Assembly (NCBI GenBank): GCA_964016885.1 | Contig: OZ024741.1 | Coordinates: 371,008,001 to 371,072,000 of the forward strand | Direction: 5' to 3' | Origin: Eledone cirrhosa | Taxonomy: Eukaryota | DNA length: 64,000 nucleotides | Part shown: positions 1-14,778 of the stretch, one piece after another | How positions within the stretch are numbered: position 1 is the stretch's first letter | Layout: each line of letters opens with the position of its first letter | Translations under genes and position numbers: made by a program | Notes under the pieces: generated by a model | What the model was told of the DNA's origin: nothing | The model's input: the letters and a program-made list of their open reading frames with translations, nothing else | Databases searched by the model: none

Positions 1-2
1 TT

Positions 3-432
3 AGGGCGGTGGATTGGCAGTATCTGTAGAGCATCGGACAACATGCTTGGTGGCATAGAATTACGGGCTTTCACGTTCTGTGTTCAAATTCTGCCGACGT
101 TAACTTTGCCTCTCATCCTTACTAGGTCGATAAAATAAAGAACCAGTCGCGCACTGGGGTCGATTTAATGGACTTTCCCCTCCCCCAAAATTGCTGGCCT
201 TGTGCCTATATAAGAAACCATTATTATTACTATTAGGGCGGTGGATTGGCAGTGTCGGTAGAGCGCCGGACACCATACTTCGCGGGATAAAGTTACGGTA
301 TTTTACATTCTGAGTTTAGCTTTGCCTTTCATCCTAAATAAAGTACCAGTAATGCACTGGGGTCGATTTAATCGATTTCCCCCTTCCCCCAAAACTGTTG
401 GCCTTGTGCCTAAATCAAAACCTATTATTACT
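3..432 (+). mobile_element. Two head-to-tail tRNA-derived SINE copies (3-228, 234-432)
   Basis: Head GGCGGTGGATTGGCAGTATC (A-box-like), B-box-like GTTCAAATTC, core TTTGCCTYTCATCCTT..GGTCGATAAAATAAAG(T)ACCAG resembling the Meta/Sauria-type SINE core, tail GGCCTTGTGCC..(ATT)n; repeated throughout the window. Confidence 0.85.
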
Positions 433-645
433 ATTATATTCTACCATTTCTAAAATAGGCACAAGGCCTGCTATTGGGTGTGGGGAATAAGTCGATTATA
501 TTGACCCAGTACTGATACTTTATTTTATCGACCTCGGGATGAGGAAAGGCAAAGTTGACTTCGAGAGGATTTGAACTCACAACATAAATGGCTCTTACTA
601 AATGCCGCATAGCATCTTTCGGGCGCACTAACGGTTTGCCAACGC
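433..645 (-). mobile_element. SINE copy, same family
   Basis: Reverse complement of core (tactttattttatcgacctcgggatgaggaaaggcaaag) and B box (ggatttgaactc). Confidence 0.85.
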
Positions 646-675
646 CTTGATGATTATGATGATGATGATGATGAT

Positions 676-1620
676 TTCATTTATTTGCCACAAAGGCGCC
701 GGTTGAGGAGGACATTACAAAAGAGAGGTTACATAAGGACTAGGGGTTAACATAAATATCGGATAAGAGAAAAAAATGAAGTATACATGATAAACAGTCC
801 TTTTGGTGCTGGAGGACCTCCAAATAGGACATACAAAGAACCTCACAAATTCACGGTCACCTTGATCACCGTGAGCAAGTGTCCTCTTTCAGTCATCTTT
901 CTCCAGCCTACAGACTCATGCTGAGAGTAGAACCATTCACTCTCATTTTCACCACAGTCGTAAACCTTTAAGAAAATTCATTGGAGGAAAGCACCTTCCT
1001 CTGAACTCTCACTTTTCTTTTCAAAAGGAACTTGAAAAAGTTTAGAGCTCAAGTGAGAAGATAGGTGTCCAGTTTTCAGTCCTCGCAATCTTGTCCTCCA
1101 CACAACTCCTTTTGCTGTGGGTCACCAGATAGAGAAAACGTACTTACCTTTACTAGTTAAATGGGGACGGTGGTGCGATCTTCAGGAGTAATTCTGTCGA
1201 TAGCCGGATTCGTTCTGCGTGCAACATCAGTTGATCGACATAACTCCACAAGTCAAAATATTGACCTAAAATTGAATGAGTGCATGTAGAACAGTTTCGT
1301 CACCAAGTGCGCATCACGGAATGGTCTGTCTGATAGTACTCCTTTTGTTGTGGAGTTTACCTCGAATCGACAGTGTCTCCGATAGCACTGCCAGAACAAA
1401 GACTTCTGAAAATTATCCATAGCAGTTACCTTCCTGAAAGTCCGCCAGAACAGAATGGACAGTTTATTTTCATCGAAGTCCAGAGTCTCTTCGAGAACAT
1501 TGTTGCATTTCCCTGCCACCAGTCCTATATAAATTCCCAGAGGGGAACTTCCACCGACCACATTGCCTAACTGGTGAAGGGCGATGGGCACCCGACGACA
1601 TTCTAGATGTCAAGCGCGTT
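676..1620 (-). mobile_element. Degenerate 3' fragment of Tx1/L1-like LINE (ORF2 C-terminus and 3' UTR) with (ATC)n tail
   Basis: ORF 1253-1591 (GNVVGG..LEETLDFDENKL..MDNFQKSLFWQCYR) aligns with ORF2 at 62600-62800; 3' end reads ctttgtggcaaataaatgaaatcatcatc on minus strand. Confidence 0.85.
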
Positions 1621-1635
1621 CTAGCAAAATTATTT

Positions 1636-1691
<56 letters not shown>

Positions 1692-2759
1692 TTTGTGTCA
1701 CCAAGCGTATGCACGTCATATAAATTAGACTGATCGTTTCAGGGGCATTCTATAATTTGTATGATATATATAGAGTGTTGCCATGGCAATATTCTTCTAT
1801 GCGCGGAAACATGGGACTCGGAATTCTCTGATGTGAACACAATAAGGTCGGAATAGCATCACAAAAATCTCTTACGTTTTTTCTGTGTTGAATAGTTAAA
1901 TAGTTGAAAGTGTTTACTCTTCACATCATAATATAATAAAGGGAGGAGTGCGGGACTGTGTCCTGAATATATTTTTTTTATCTCGTTAGTAAAATAAGTT
2001 GGATTACTTTGAATGAATAATGAATGAATATTACATAATTTATCTACTAAATTTCGTAATTCTTCATTAAATATAAATAATGTTATTGCTTATTTCAAGA
2101 TTCACTTCTTTTAAAATTTTCAAATGTCAATACTTCCGGTTATGATATAATGGATGCTATATCACATCGCTTATATTTACGTTACTAATTTTCTCCTTTT
2201 TCATTTTCATTACATTTCGCCGTAATGCAGTTTATCTATAATATCGTCTTTTTAAAATGGGTCATGGATTACTTTACTGATTACAGAAGAGAGAGTAAAC
2301 ACAGTCTCTCTTCAATGTCTGTGCATATTGTCAATTACGATTTTATTTGATGTATCATATCTACGTGAATGTATATTTGCGTATAATATCAATATACACA
2401 CTACACATGCTAGCAGAAAACTACCCGAAAGGTGGTTTTTCTGCTAGTTTTGATAATGAAGGTAATTCTGGATCTATCTAATCTATTGATTGGCTATTAA
2501 GATGATTCCATTTCATATTGTTGTTTTCGATGTTTGCTTGCATATTCTTCATCGAATCTGCGTAAACCGTTTTGGTCACTTATCGTTGTAGTGACCCGTC
2601 ATCCCCCTGACAATAAAAGAAATTATTTCTTAAGATAAGCACGAGGTCAGACAATTTTGCAAAAGTGTGCAAATGATAAAATGGGCCCCAGTATTTATTT
2701 TGAGGTTTGGTCTGAAGTAAGATCTGTATCCATGGTTTTCACAGACTCTCTTAAGTTGG

Positions 2760-3060
2760 TAAAATAGATTCAGTTGATGGTTTTCCGACGACTGCAAGAT
2801 AGACATAGGTGTTGAGGGAATTCCAGATGAATGAGGTTCTAGAGCGAAAGCACTGGGCATAATGGTTAGTGCAGGACCTATGGGGATAGATACAATGTGG
2901 ATGACGAGGGATCAGAGAAGCCTGAGTGGTCATGTCTTACAACATCCATCTTCGAGAAACAGATGCTACTGTGATAACTGAGGGAAGAGTAAAGAGACAG
3001 CACGTCTGTGGACCAGAAACTGAACTAAGCTGGTGAGCGACGCCATGTCAATCAATGGTG
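2760..3060 (-). mobile_element. CR1/L2-group LINE ORF2 C-terminal fragment
   Basis: Minus-strand peptides LIDMASLTS..HRRAVS and HPHCIYPHRSCTNHYAQCFRSRTSFIWNSL resemble the conserved C-terminal end of CR1/L2/Crack ORF2. Confidence 0.55.
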
Positions 3061-3179
3061 GTGGGTGGGGGCTGGTTTGGGGATGCGAGTTGGTTGGATA
3101 ACATCAATGAGTTAAGCTGGTGTCGCTTGGGAATACAGCTGGATCAATTGGAGACGGCTGGTTCTGGCAGGACCAACTG

Positions 3180-3249
3180 GAAGAAGAAGAAGAAGAAGAA
3201 GAAGAAGAAGAAGAAGAAGAAGAAGAAGAAGAAGAAGAAGAAGAAGAAG

Positions 3250-3279
<30 letters not shown>
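3180..3279. repeat. (GAA)n microsatellite
   Basis: About 33 perfect GAA units. Confidence 0.98.
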
Positions 3280-3280
<1 letters not shown>

Positions 3281-3409
3281 TAAATGCTCATTTGTGGTAG
3301 TTACTTTATTTTATCGACCTCAGAAAGATGGAAACCAATTCGTTCATCCTTATGTATTCGAATTCATAACGTTTAAAGGACCAAGGAGTTTAGTATATTA
3401 CTTTCTGCC

Positions 3410-3560
3410 ATCCTCGTCATCATCCGGCGGCCTCAGCCGAAATCAACTCAACAATTGATCTCCACGTGGGTCTGTCATTGCCACTGCCAAATCCTGGATT
3501 TCAATACCAGAATCTCAGGAGATGACATCGGGTTAGGAGAGCTTGCGCCCCCTGTTATTA
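3410..3560 (-). mobile_element. RTE-like LINE 3' remnant
   Basis: Minus-strand peptide PDVIS*DSGIEIQDLAVAMTDP resembles an RTE-clade C-terminus, followed by a (GAT)-like tail. Confidence 0.4.
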
Positions 3561-4051
3561 GTGACTGCTTGTGGTTTCCAAAGCACTAATGGGGACACAG
3601 CCTCATAGGTGGCACGATGGCAGTGGCCAGCATATCTTACTCTTCTCTTACATACAACGACAGATATGCGTAAGAGGCCGGCATATATTTCTCTCAAAGG
3701 CAGATGTCGCCACCTTATGTTCTGAATGCGTCGAAACAGGCGAGTCTAGGTGCAATCAAGACGCTTTGCTGTTTGGATGAAAGCGTCCCTGTTTCACTTC
3801 CATATAGCAGGATTGGTTGAATTGTTAATTGGAAGAGTCTGATTGTGGTGTGGTTGGAAATAATATTTTGATTTTATTTACCCTTTCTTATTTTTTGCTC
3901 TCACCTTCCTTCACGATCAGTTTTACCAAACACTTATCATTCACCAATAAACCTAAAACATGAATCGAAGAATGTCGCAGACAATAATCGAAGAATATCT
4001 TAATGTGGTAGAAATAGCAGCCAAATGTCTTTTAAATCACGCACTCTAATG

Positions 4052-4479
4052 CAGAGGTTCTCAAACTTTTCGTCCACCACCACCCTCGCGGCCACGTAAT
4101 ACCCTCAGCGCCCCCAACCCTATTTCCAGAAACACCTGCCTACACACAAATTGTAAATAATATGCAACAAATAAAATCGTTTATTTATATATAATTGTTT
4201 CTACTTTTATCACAAGGCCAGCAATTACCCAGTGCATTACTGGTACTTTATTTTATCGACCCCGTAATGATATAATATTTACTATGTATAAATAAATAAA
4301 TATATATTTTTTTTTATTTTACTATATTTTTATATAATATGTATCAATTGATATTTAATATACTATTATATTATCTCTACCGCAACCACACCATCTCGTC
4401 CCCGCCCTTTAGACCCCAGCACTCCCTGGACATTCTCAACGCCCCCCAGGGGCGGTAGCGCCCACTTTGAGAACCTCTG
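4052..4479. mobile_element. hAT MITE with an internal SINE fragment
   Basis: TIR CAGAGGTTCTCAAA / TTTGAGAACCTCTG; perfect 8-bp TSD CTCTAATG (4044-4051, 4480-4487); SINE fragment at about 4203-4268. Confidence 0.92.
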
Positions 4480-4516
4480 CTCTAATGTCTTGAAAAGAAA
4501 AAGAAACACCGTAAAT

Positions 4517-4827
4517 CAGGGGCGTGCAACAGGCGGCCCGCGGGCCAGAATCCGGCCCGCCAGAGTGGCCTGCGATGATCGTTTTTAATTTTTACCTTGT
4601 TGACTTATTTAGATTTTTTTTTTGTAACCGTAATACAATTTTCTGTTAGTTGACCTATACTAAAGGGCTTCACTGATAGGGTTATGTGTATTATAATTTC
4701 CCAGTTCCATATTATGGAAAGAAATTGTGGTGAAACTTTGGAATAGTGCTGAATAAATATTAATGGCCCTAATAGTTGTTTCAATGTTCAAAAGTGGTCC
4801 GCCAATGGAATATGTTACACACCTCTG
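4517..4827. mobile_element. hAT (Charlie/MER58-like) MITE
   Basis: Ends CAGGGGCGTGCAAC / GTTACACACCTCTG, subterminal GGCCCGCGGGCC; 8-bp TSD CCGTAAAT/CCTTAAAT (7 of 8 match). Confidence 0.8.
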
Positions 4828-5336
4828 CCTTAAATAGTTAGTCTGATTTTAGATACATACACAGTATCTGAAGTAGAAGTGTGAACGTGATAGTGACTCA
4901 AGCGATGCCTTTGATCATAGGTCTGCTTGACCACTACTAATCTGGGTCTAAAAACAAAAAAACGATAACAGCAGCAGCAACAACACCAAGCCGAATTGCT
5001 AAGTATTTTATTGGCATCTCTCTTCGTTGCGAGGTAAGTGTCCATGTAATGTGTTCCCCCAACCATTCACTATCACTCCAAACATACACACTTTCGTTTG
5101 TGTTGTTTAAAATCACTGCCAAATGATTCTGAACTGAGCTGTTAAATGACGTTGTTATCGGCACGAAAAGAATTTAGCTACGTCTCAAGCATTGCTACCA
5201 TATCTCAAGAAGGCCAATAGCTTATCACATTACATTAAGTGCTATCATCTATCTATTTATTTCTCCAGATATTTATCTATTTGTGTATTTATCTGTTTAT
5301 GTATTTGTTTGTTTATTTATTTACATATTTTAATTA

Positions 5337-5477
5337 CTGTATTTCCCGGCGCCGAAGACGCTTCGTCCTCGAGGACGCACCCTAATTTTGACACCCAAAT
5401 TTGGAAAAAAATAATAATAAACCTTCGGCCTCCAGGACACATGGTAGATTTTTGAGGAAAAAACCCCGGGAATACGG
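5337..5477. mobile_element. Tc1/mariner-type MITE
   Basis: TIR CYGTATTTCCCGG flanked by TA; same family at 38105-38419 and 38880-39030. Confidence 0.8.
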
Positions 5478-5589
5478 TATATTTTTTTCTCTCATCTTTT
5501 TTCCTTGATCTTATTATTATTGATATGGTCAAGGGCGGTGGGTTGGCAGTATTGGTAAATGGTCGGACGCCATGCTTTGCAGCAACCCA

Positions 5590-6640
5590 GTTAACTAAAA
5601 CACATTCTCACTGGAACAAAGATACATAAACCAATCTCCAGCCTTACGGTAACAAAATCCGGAAGAACAAACTGTGGAACATGCCTATAATTAAAGATAC
5701 CCAAACTTTCACAGTGAAAAACAACTTCACATGCAAATCCGAGACGTAATCACAAGAAAAATCCCCTTAAGTAGCCACATTGTAGATTGTGCAGGAATGA
5801 CTCTACCCAACTTTAAAATCCTTCCCCTTTACAAGTGCTCCGATTCTTTCATTCAACAACAAAGAATAAATAAAGAAAAACTATTTATTAACAAATTTAA
5901 ACCAAAATTACGAAATGTAATGACACCATTAGATGTTCTACCCCCACACAGCACAAAATAAGAGAGAAAAAATTACTCATTCACATATTTTCCAGAAGTT
6001 CCTGTTTGAGAGCCGCCACGGATACTCTGCTCTGGATTTTTTTTTATTTCCCACCACAAAGGGACCTGTGACAGACAGGCTGAAGCCCCCACCTCCCACC
6101 TACAGACGTGTGTATTGTCATATGTACACCCTCACATTATACACACACACCCTGAAACCATATTCCAATAATAGAATTTCTTTTACAACCCTACTGCTGC
6201 CATATAATTTGTCTCTAGCTTACAATTCCCCATCCCCATTTGAACTCTTGACCAGTCAAGTAACACAATCAGATATACACACACATATTTACAGAATATT
6301 TCCTTTGCCCCCAAAAAACAATTTTGTTCTGTGAAGAAACACACCTACCAACACTGCTGCTACTATTATGACTACACACCTCTCTCTCTATACACAAGAA
6401 CTCATTCTCCAGTCCCCCTCTGAGCAAAGAAGATGGGAAAAAAACTTACTCCAACACTTTTAATTTTTAGTGTTTAATTCTTATTAATTCTTTTTAATTG
6501 TAACACTAAACATTTGATAAGATGAATTTTACTAATACATCGAAACCGGTAATACTTTATATCATAATCTATAAAGCTCAGTGTGTGGTCATGCTCCTTC
6601 GTTATAGAAATCTACGATATAGAATTTCTTCAATTGAAAT
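5590..6640 (+). mobile_element. Penelope-like element 3' fragment (GIY-YIG C-terminus and 3' UTR/pLTR)
   Basis: Peptides CGTC.II..TFTVKNNFTCKS and PLSSHIVDCA..FKILPLYK..RINKEKLFINKFKPKL are typical of PLE endonuclease ends; hammerhead-like motif at 6512-6553. Confidence 0.7.
6512..6553 (+). ncRNA. Minimal hammerhead ribozyme motif, U3-A8 variant
   Basis: TTGATAA-gatg..catc-GAAA-CCGG-TA; stem I is only about 2 bp. Confidence 0.45.
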
Positions 6641-6859
6641 TTACAATTCAGTATTCGAAATAGCGTCGATTGCGTCTTGACGCAGATAATTTTTTCAATG
6701 TCACCCACAATTACGCAAAAAATAGATAAAACTCAATATTTTACGATTTTTCTCTCTCGTTTAAACTGCTGAAATCTTTCTACTACCATTCAAAATCTAT
6801 ACAACTTCATACTTTCTGCTACTTTCTCTTTCCAAGCTTGATGGTGATACTGTCCGTTC

Positions 6860-7080
6860 ACACCACTCCCTACTGTCTTAAATTTAGAAAACACATATCC
6901 TCTATGAGGTTACTAAACCTGCTAGAAACAGCAGCTAACTCTCCCCAATATCACACCCCTCCCTACTGTCTTAAATTTAGAAAACATATCTTCTATGAGG
7001 TCACTAAACCTGCTAGAAACAACAGCTAACTCTCCCTCATATCACAACCCTCCCTACTGTCTTAAATTTAGAAAACACAC
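6860..7080. repeat. About 93-bp tandem repeat (about 2.3 units)
   Basis: ctccctactgtcttaaatttagaaaaca recurs at about 6866, 6959 and 7050. Confidence 0.85.
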
Positions 7081-7099
7081 AGACAACCATGCAGAACAA

Positions 7100-7365
7100 C
7101 TCCATTGCAGCTCTGTTGTTCGGCTGGCATCGTCTACGCGTGTGTTGCGCAAGTACTGTGAAACAATAAATTTCAACACTTTTTTGCACAGAGATAATAT
7201 CCATAGGCGAAACTACAATTGTCACTGCTGGCGCAGCTCATGCTTCCAGGTCTGCCATTCATTCACCCAGTGCCTGGCAGACAAAAAAGTGCTGCCATAA
7301 AATGGATGGTGCAACCTAACTTTGGTAACTTAATGACCCCGAGCAACGCCGGGCTTTAATGCTAG
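7100..7365 (+). mobile_element. Non-autonomous Helitron 3' end
   Basis: Subterminal hairpin CCCGAGCAACGCCGGG followed by CTAG|T. Confidence 0.6.
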
Positions 7366-7470
7366 TACATTATAAAACTCTTTTTTAAAACAATTCTCCC
7401 TCTCATTTTTTCAATAATGTCACTTTGACAAATCAAAGCAAGGGAAAAAAAGAAAAACAGACCCTAAAAT

Positions 7471-7539
<69 letters not shown>

Positions 7540-7659
7540 ATATATATATATATTAGAAAGTAGTCAGGATCCCGACGGCTGAGCTCCGGCCGTTTCGACA
7601 GCTAGATCCGAAATATATATATATTTCGGATCTATATATATTTCGGAACTATATATATA

Positions 7660-7935
7660 TATTATAAAGAAAACGAAAAAAAGTGATGCATCTGGACTTA
7701 GTTTATTTCGTGTTACAAATGTTTCGTCGGCATGTAGCTCGAGTCATGGTCTTTGTATGGATCTGGCTGATTCTACTTCTGCAGGTTCGGCGAAACATTT
7801 GTAAAACGAAATAAACTAAGTCCAGATGCATCACTTTTTTTCGTTTTCGTTATAATATTTACACTCTAATCTGATGAATATCGAGTGCTAATTTTGGCAT
7901 ACCGCCTATGGAAGCACCATAGCTACCACTATACA
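7660..7935. mobile_element. Penelope-type pLTR remnant with inverted duplication, inside (TA)n
   Basis: About 70-bp inverted arms 7661-7730 / 7789-7857 including GAAACATTTGTA; same family as 42847-43110. Confidence 0.65.
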
Positions 7936-8106
7936 CAACTATATATATATATATATACATATATATATAGTTGGATTCCCGGTGTATATCAGGAGGTGAT
8001 CATAGTTTAAAAAAGGTACTCAATGCGTTAGTATATGTATATTTATTTTAACATAGAAATAACTTAAACAGGACTAGAACTGTTTCTTTCGTAAGAAATC
8101 AGATAT

Positions 8107-8287
<181 letters not shown>

Positions 8288-8565
8288 AGGGCGGCCCATA
8301 AATGGTGCTACCATTTAAATTTAGTAATGTTTTTTTTGTTTGTTTTTTTGTTAGTTTTAATCCAGATGATTTTGAAAATTGATTATTTAGTAATTTAATT
8401 ATCTATACCAATATCGACATCGCTCTACTGAGTCTGCCAATTCGCTGACTGTAATGAAAATTGGTTCGACCCTCATTACAAGCTACTGGTAACTACATTT
8501 TTAAATCATGAGGTCAAATTTCACAGCGATACTAAACTATATTGTTAACAAACATGAATATGACT

Positions 8566-9010
8566 TAGTATACATATTTATGTATGTTGTATACATATTT
8601 ATGTATGTTGTATACATATTTATGTATGTTGTATACATATTTATGTATGTTGTAAACATATTTATGTATGCTGTAAACATATTTATGTATGTTGTATACA
8701 TATTTATGTATGTTGTAAACATATTTATGTATGTTGTATACATATTTATGTATGTTGTATACATATTTATGTATGTTGTAAACATATTTATGTATGTTGT
8801 ATACATATTTATGTATGTTGTATACATATTTATGTATGTTGTATACATATTTATGTATGCTGTATACATATTTATGTATGCTGTATACATATTTATGTAT
8901 GTTGTATACATATTTATGTATGTTGTAAACATATTTATGTATGCTGTAAACATATTTATGTATGCTGTAAACATATTTATGTATGCTGTAAACATATTTA
9001 TGTATGCTGT
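8566..9010. repeat. 21-bp minisatellite
   Basis: Unit TAWACATATTTATGTATGYTG, about 21 copies; accounts for the spurious ORFs at 8508-9122. Confidence 0.97.
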
Positions 9011-9011
9011 T

Positions 9012-9335
9012 AATGGTCAAGAAATTCGTTTCTCAATTGTTAGATCTCGAGTTCAATTCCACTGCGTGGCGTCTTGGGCAAGTGCAATTTACTGTAGCTC
9101 CGGGACGACCAATGTCTTGTGAGTGAAATTCTGTAGATGGAAATTGTTTGGAAGCCAGGAGAATCAGCTGTACCTGTAATTCAAAGGACCAACCTTGTTA
9201 CATTGAGTCATATTGATTCTGTCAAAGAACATGTTTGTGGAATACTCAGCCACTTAAACATTAATTTAATGATTAGGATGTTCAGTTGAGCGAACACCTT
9301 AATGCTTATTGTATAAAACAGACATAGGGCCCATC
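9012..9335 (+). mobile_element. Second, CORE-type tRNA-derived SINE
   Basis: B box GAGTTCAATTCC, CORE-like TCTTGGGCAAGT, tail TGTGGAATACTCAGCCACTT that also occurs at 12428-12450. Confidence 0.6.
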
Positions 9336-9336
9336 A

Positions 9337-9401
<65 letters not shown>

Positions 9402-9407
<6 letters not shown>

Positions 9408-9816
9408 GAGAAGAAAGAAGAATACTGCGTGGTTTGCACATGGGTTACATATGATAAAAATAGTCCTTCGTCAGTGATTTGCCAACCATCATTGGTATTT
9501 CATCGCATTAAAAATCAGATACCTCAGGTTGGTGCGAGCAATAAGTTAAAAAAAGTTATTGGGACCAGTAATCGCGTAAAGCGAGGGGGACAAGTGAACA
9601 ACATAGAAGGATAAAAACAAACCAAAGAAAGGAAATAAACAAGCAACATGGTAGTCCTGGTCAGCATAATCTGGGTGGATTTCATGAGCGATTAGTACAG
9701 ACGTCCGACGTGAGTAAGATGGAAGCAAGAAAAGGCCCACTGTTAGCCAAACGGGAGGAAGTGAGAAGGGGAGAAGCAGAGAGTGAGTGAGTGGAAGTGC
9801 GAGGAAGCGGTCAGTC

Positions 9817-9820
<4 letters not shown>
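9402..9820 (+). mobile_element. Non-coding repeat between (TA)n tracts, probably PLE pLTR-derived
   Basis: Homologous to the reverse complement of 40380-41125 and to the 19577-21130 unit. Confidence 0.55.
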
Positions 9821-9884
<64 letters not shown>

Positions 9885-9934
9885 ATCTATCTATGTATCC
9901 ATATAATCTATCTATCTATCTATCTATCTATCCA

Positions 9935-12349
9935 TACCTCGACGGCCTACCGCGACTCTCGGACAGCGAGGCAAAGTTCTGCGAAAAGCCGATTTCAGCC
10001 GCTGAGATAGGGGACGCGCTGAGCTAATGCGGCAAACGCAAATCTCCAGGTCTCGACGGTCTACCCTACGAATTTTACGTAGCAATGCCGGACTTATTCT
10101 CCGGTCTCCTGGAAGCGGTCTACTGCAACTGGCAACAGAACGGGAGAATTCCCAGTTCTGTAACCGGGGCGTAGTCACACTAGTCAGGAAGAACGAGAAT
10201 AAGGGGGATGACATAGGCAACTTCCGGCCCATAACTCTGCTAAACACAGAGTTACAGATTTTGGCCAAGGTGTTGGCAAAGAGGCTGGCGCTTGTCGTCG
10301 GGAACCCGGTGGGAGAAGCGCAGACATGCGCAATCCCGACCAGGTCCATACACGACAACCTCCACCTCATGCGCTACATCATAGAGAGAGTAGGGTGTAA
10401 ACCCGGCTTCGGTGGGGCCCTGATCAACTTGGATCAGTCTAAGGCTTTCGATAGGGTTGACCATCGTTACTTGGATGCGGTGCTCGAGGCGGCAGGCTTC
10501 GGACCCGTGTTCATGGGCTGGATTGCTGCAATGCACAACAGAAACATCTGCTCAAGGGTCAAGGTGAACGGCTACCTCTCGGAGCCGTTCCATATTACGC
10601 GATCCATTCCACAGGGATGCCCTCTCTCCTCCCTTCTGTACGTACTGACTCTCGAGCCACTACTGCGGAAGTTGGAGCTATTGCAGGGCAACCCTCTGGA
10701 ACCGGGACTGCGGAAAGCGGCGTCGGCCTACGCCGACGACGTGACAGTAATGGTGTCGAGCGCCTCGTAAATCGAGGAAGTCGGCACCTTACTGAAGGAA
10801 TACGAAAGTTTCACAGGAGCGAAGCTGAACCGGGACAAGTCCATCGGTTTGCAACTCGGATCGTGGAGAGGCAAACCGATGCCTTCCGATGGCGTCGTCG
10901 GACGCTGGACGGAAGGACCGGTAAAGCTGCTCGGGGTCTGGTTTGGTCCGGACCTCCAGGTGGAGAAGAACTGGAACGAAGTGACGGCCAAGGTGTTTGC
11001 ACTCACCCAGAAGTGGGCCGAGTGCAAACTATCCTTGAAAGGTCGAGCCGAGGTGGCGAACACTTTTATAGCGTCCGCCATCTACTACCGCTTGACCGTC
11101 GTGCCTTGTCCAGCCAAAGCGCTCACCAAAATGGAGCGCACGCTCTTCCAATTCCTTTCGCAGAGGCAGGCTCCTTTGGTGAGAAGATCCATCTGCTGCC
11201 AACACCCTTCTAACGGAGGGCTGGGGATGCCGTGGTTGTCGATGCGCAAACACGCGCTCAGGCTGCGGCATCTCTACGTATTCCTCACCGGACAACCGGT
11301 GTGGGCCCCGTTCGTGAGGCGAGCCTTCCCACGACTCGTCTCGCTGACCGAGCTGCAGTCCTGGGTCAAGCAAAGACCGAGGAAAATGGGCGACTGGCAC
11401 ATCGAATGTGCTCAGGCGCTCACAGCCCTCTGGCAGGCGGACCCGGCGATCAGTGGAGACTCCACTTCGTCATTCTATAGAGGGTTAGTCCGCAGCAAGT
11501 GCGACGACGCGCTCGGTGAAACTCTAGGCGTAGAGGAAGATGAACTGGCCAGTCTGTTCGGTAGAACCTTCCGCCCGGGACCGATGGACAACTTCCAAAA
11601 GTCCCTGGCCTGGCAGTGCTACCGAGGAGCTCTACCAGTTCGAGACAAGCTCTACAGACATGGGCGCCCGGGCAGGAGCCCTGCAAAAAAGATCTGTCCG
11701 AGGTGCGTGCGAGACGAAGAAACCGTCGCGCACGCATTCATACACTGCCTAGGCGTCACTGACCAGTGGGGCTATGTAGAACGACTATTGTCGCGGGTGG
11801 GACCAATCCGGTTGACCACCGAGTCCATTGTCATGATCAAACCGCCACCCTCCTTCAAAAACGAAGGAGAGGCGGTTTTCCTTTGTGTGATAGCTATGGC
11901 GAAAGAGGTTATATGGTGGACAATGTTGAAAGGGCTGAGGTCAGATACCTTTCTCTCCGGCCAACAACTGATTCTTTTTTTTCAAATACCACTTTGGAAG
12001 AAGAATCAGGATGGAGAGAGAGGTGCTGTATACCCCAGCAAGTTTTATGAAAGGTGGGTGAAAGTGGCGAGAATGGCCCGAGTGAATGGGCCTTCTCTCT
12101 ATATCAGCCTGTAGGTTAAGGAAAAGGAGGAGGAGAGGAAAGGAGTACAAACTCTTCGTACTCCTGGAGATGAGGGTTGCACATTTTTTCGGGGGTATGT
12201 GTTACCCATATAAACTGTCTCCCCCTATTGGGGAAAATCGACTAATTTTTTAAATTGCATTTGTGATATTTTACACGTTTTTATTGTATGTAAACTTCCC
12301 CCTTTGTATTTGTCCCCTTCTTTTGTGCCCCTGTGGCTAATAAAGAAAC
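9935..12349 (+). mobile_element. 5'-truncated Tx1/L1-like LINE (RT and CCHC domain, with stop and frameshift)
   Basis: RT motifs NFRPITLLN, DQSKAFDRV, QGCPLS, YADD; CPRC..H..C; 3' end ctgtggctaataaagaaac; flanked on both sides by (TATC)n. Confidence 0.95.
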
Positions 12350-13004
12350 ATATCTATCTATTAGTCTGCCTATCTGTGCAGTTTCACATCGAATTTGCCT
12401 GAGAATTACGTCAAGGATGCATGCGTCTGTGGAATGCTCAGCCACTTACATGTTTACTTCATGAGCAGGCTGTTCCGTTGATCGAACAACTGGAAGAGTC
12501 ATCTTCGAAACCGACGAAGGTCCATTCCAAAGTAATTGTCAGCGTTACTCTACCGTATCTGCCACTCTGTTTACTTTTAACATAGTCTTTTCAGAGTAAA
12601 TAACATACTTATATTCAAAACAAGGAGGGGGGATCCTCTACGCCAGTGATTCTCGGGGTAGATGCTAGCTCCTCTTTAGGAATGTTAGAAGACTCGATAG
12701 GAGCGTTGGAATGAGAAGGTATTAGTAGGGGGCACCGAAAGGCAAGAGTGGTGAGGTTGTAAAAGGTGAAGAATGCAGATTACATAGAAACGTTTTGTGA
12801 TAACCTGATCTTATTTAAGGAATAGTATGAAAATAATACATACTTCTATAATACTATATATTTATAGCTATTTCTATGACGGATCCAAAGAAGAAATGTC
12901 AAAAGCACTGTACATGAATATTTAAGATATGATTCTATTCCGCAACATGTAAACAATATATGACCTAGATGCTTAATTTGCAATACATACATACATACAT
13001 ACAT

Positions 13005-14778
<1,774 letters not shown>

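Noticed and set aside
3055-3458. Poly-K and poly-E ORFs, and the many HT/YI/CV-repeat ORFs elsewhere
   Set aside because: Microsatellite translations
8508-9122. 204-aa ORF with repeated YIFMYVV
   Set aside because: Translation of a 21-bp minisatellite; no evidence of coding function
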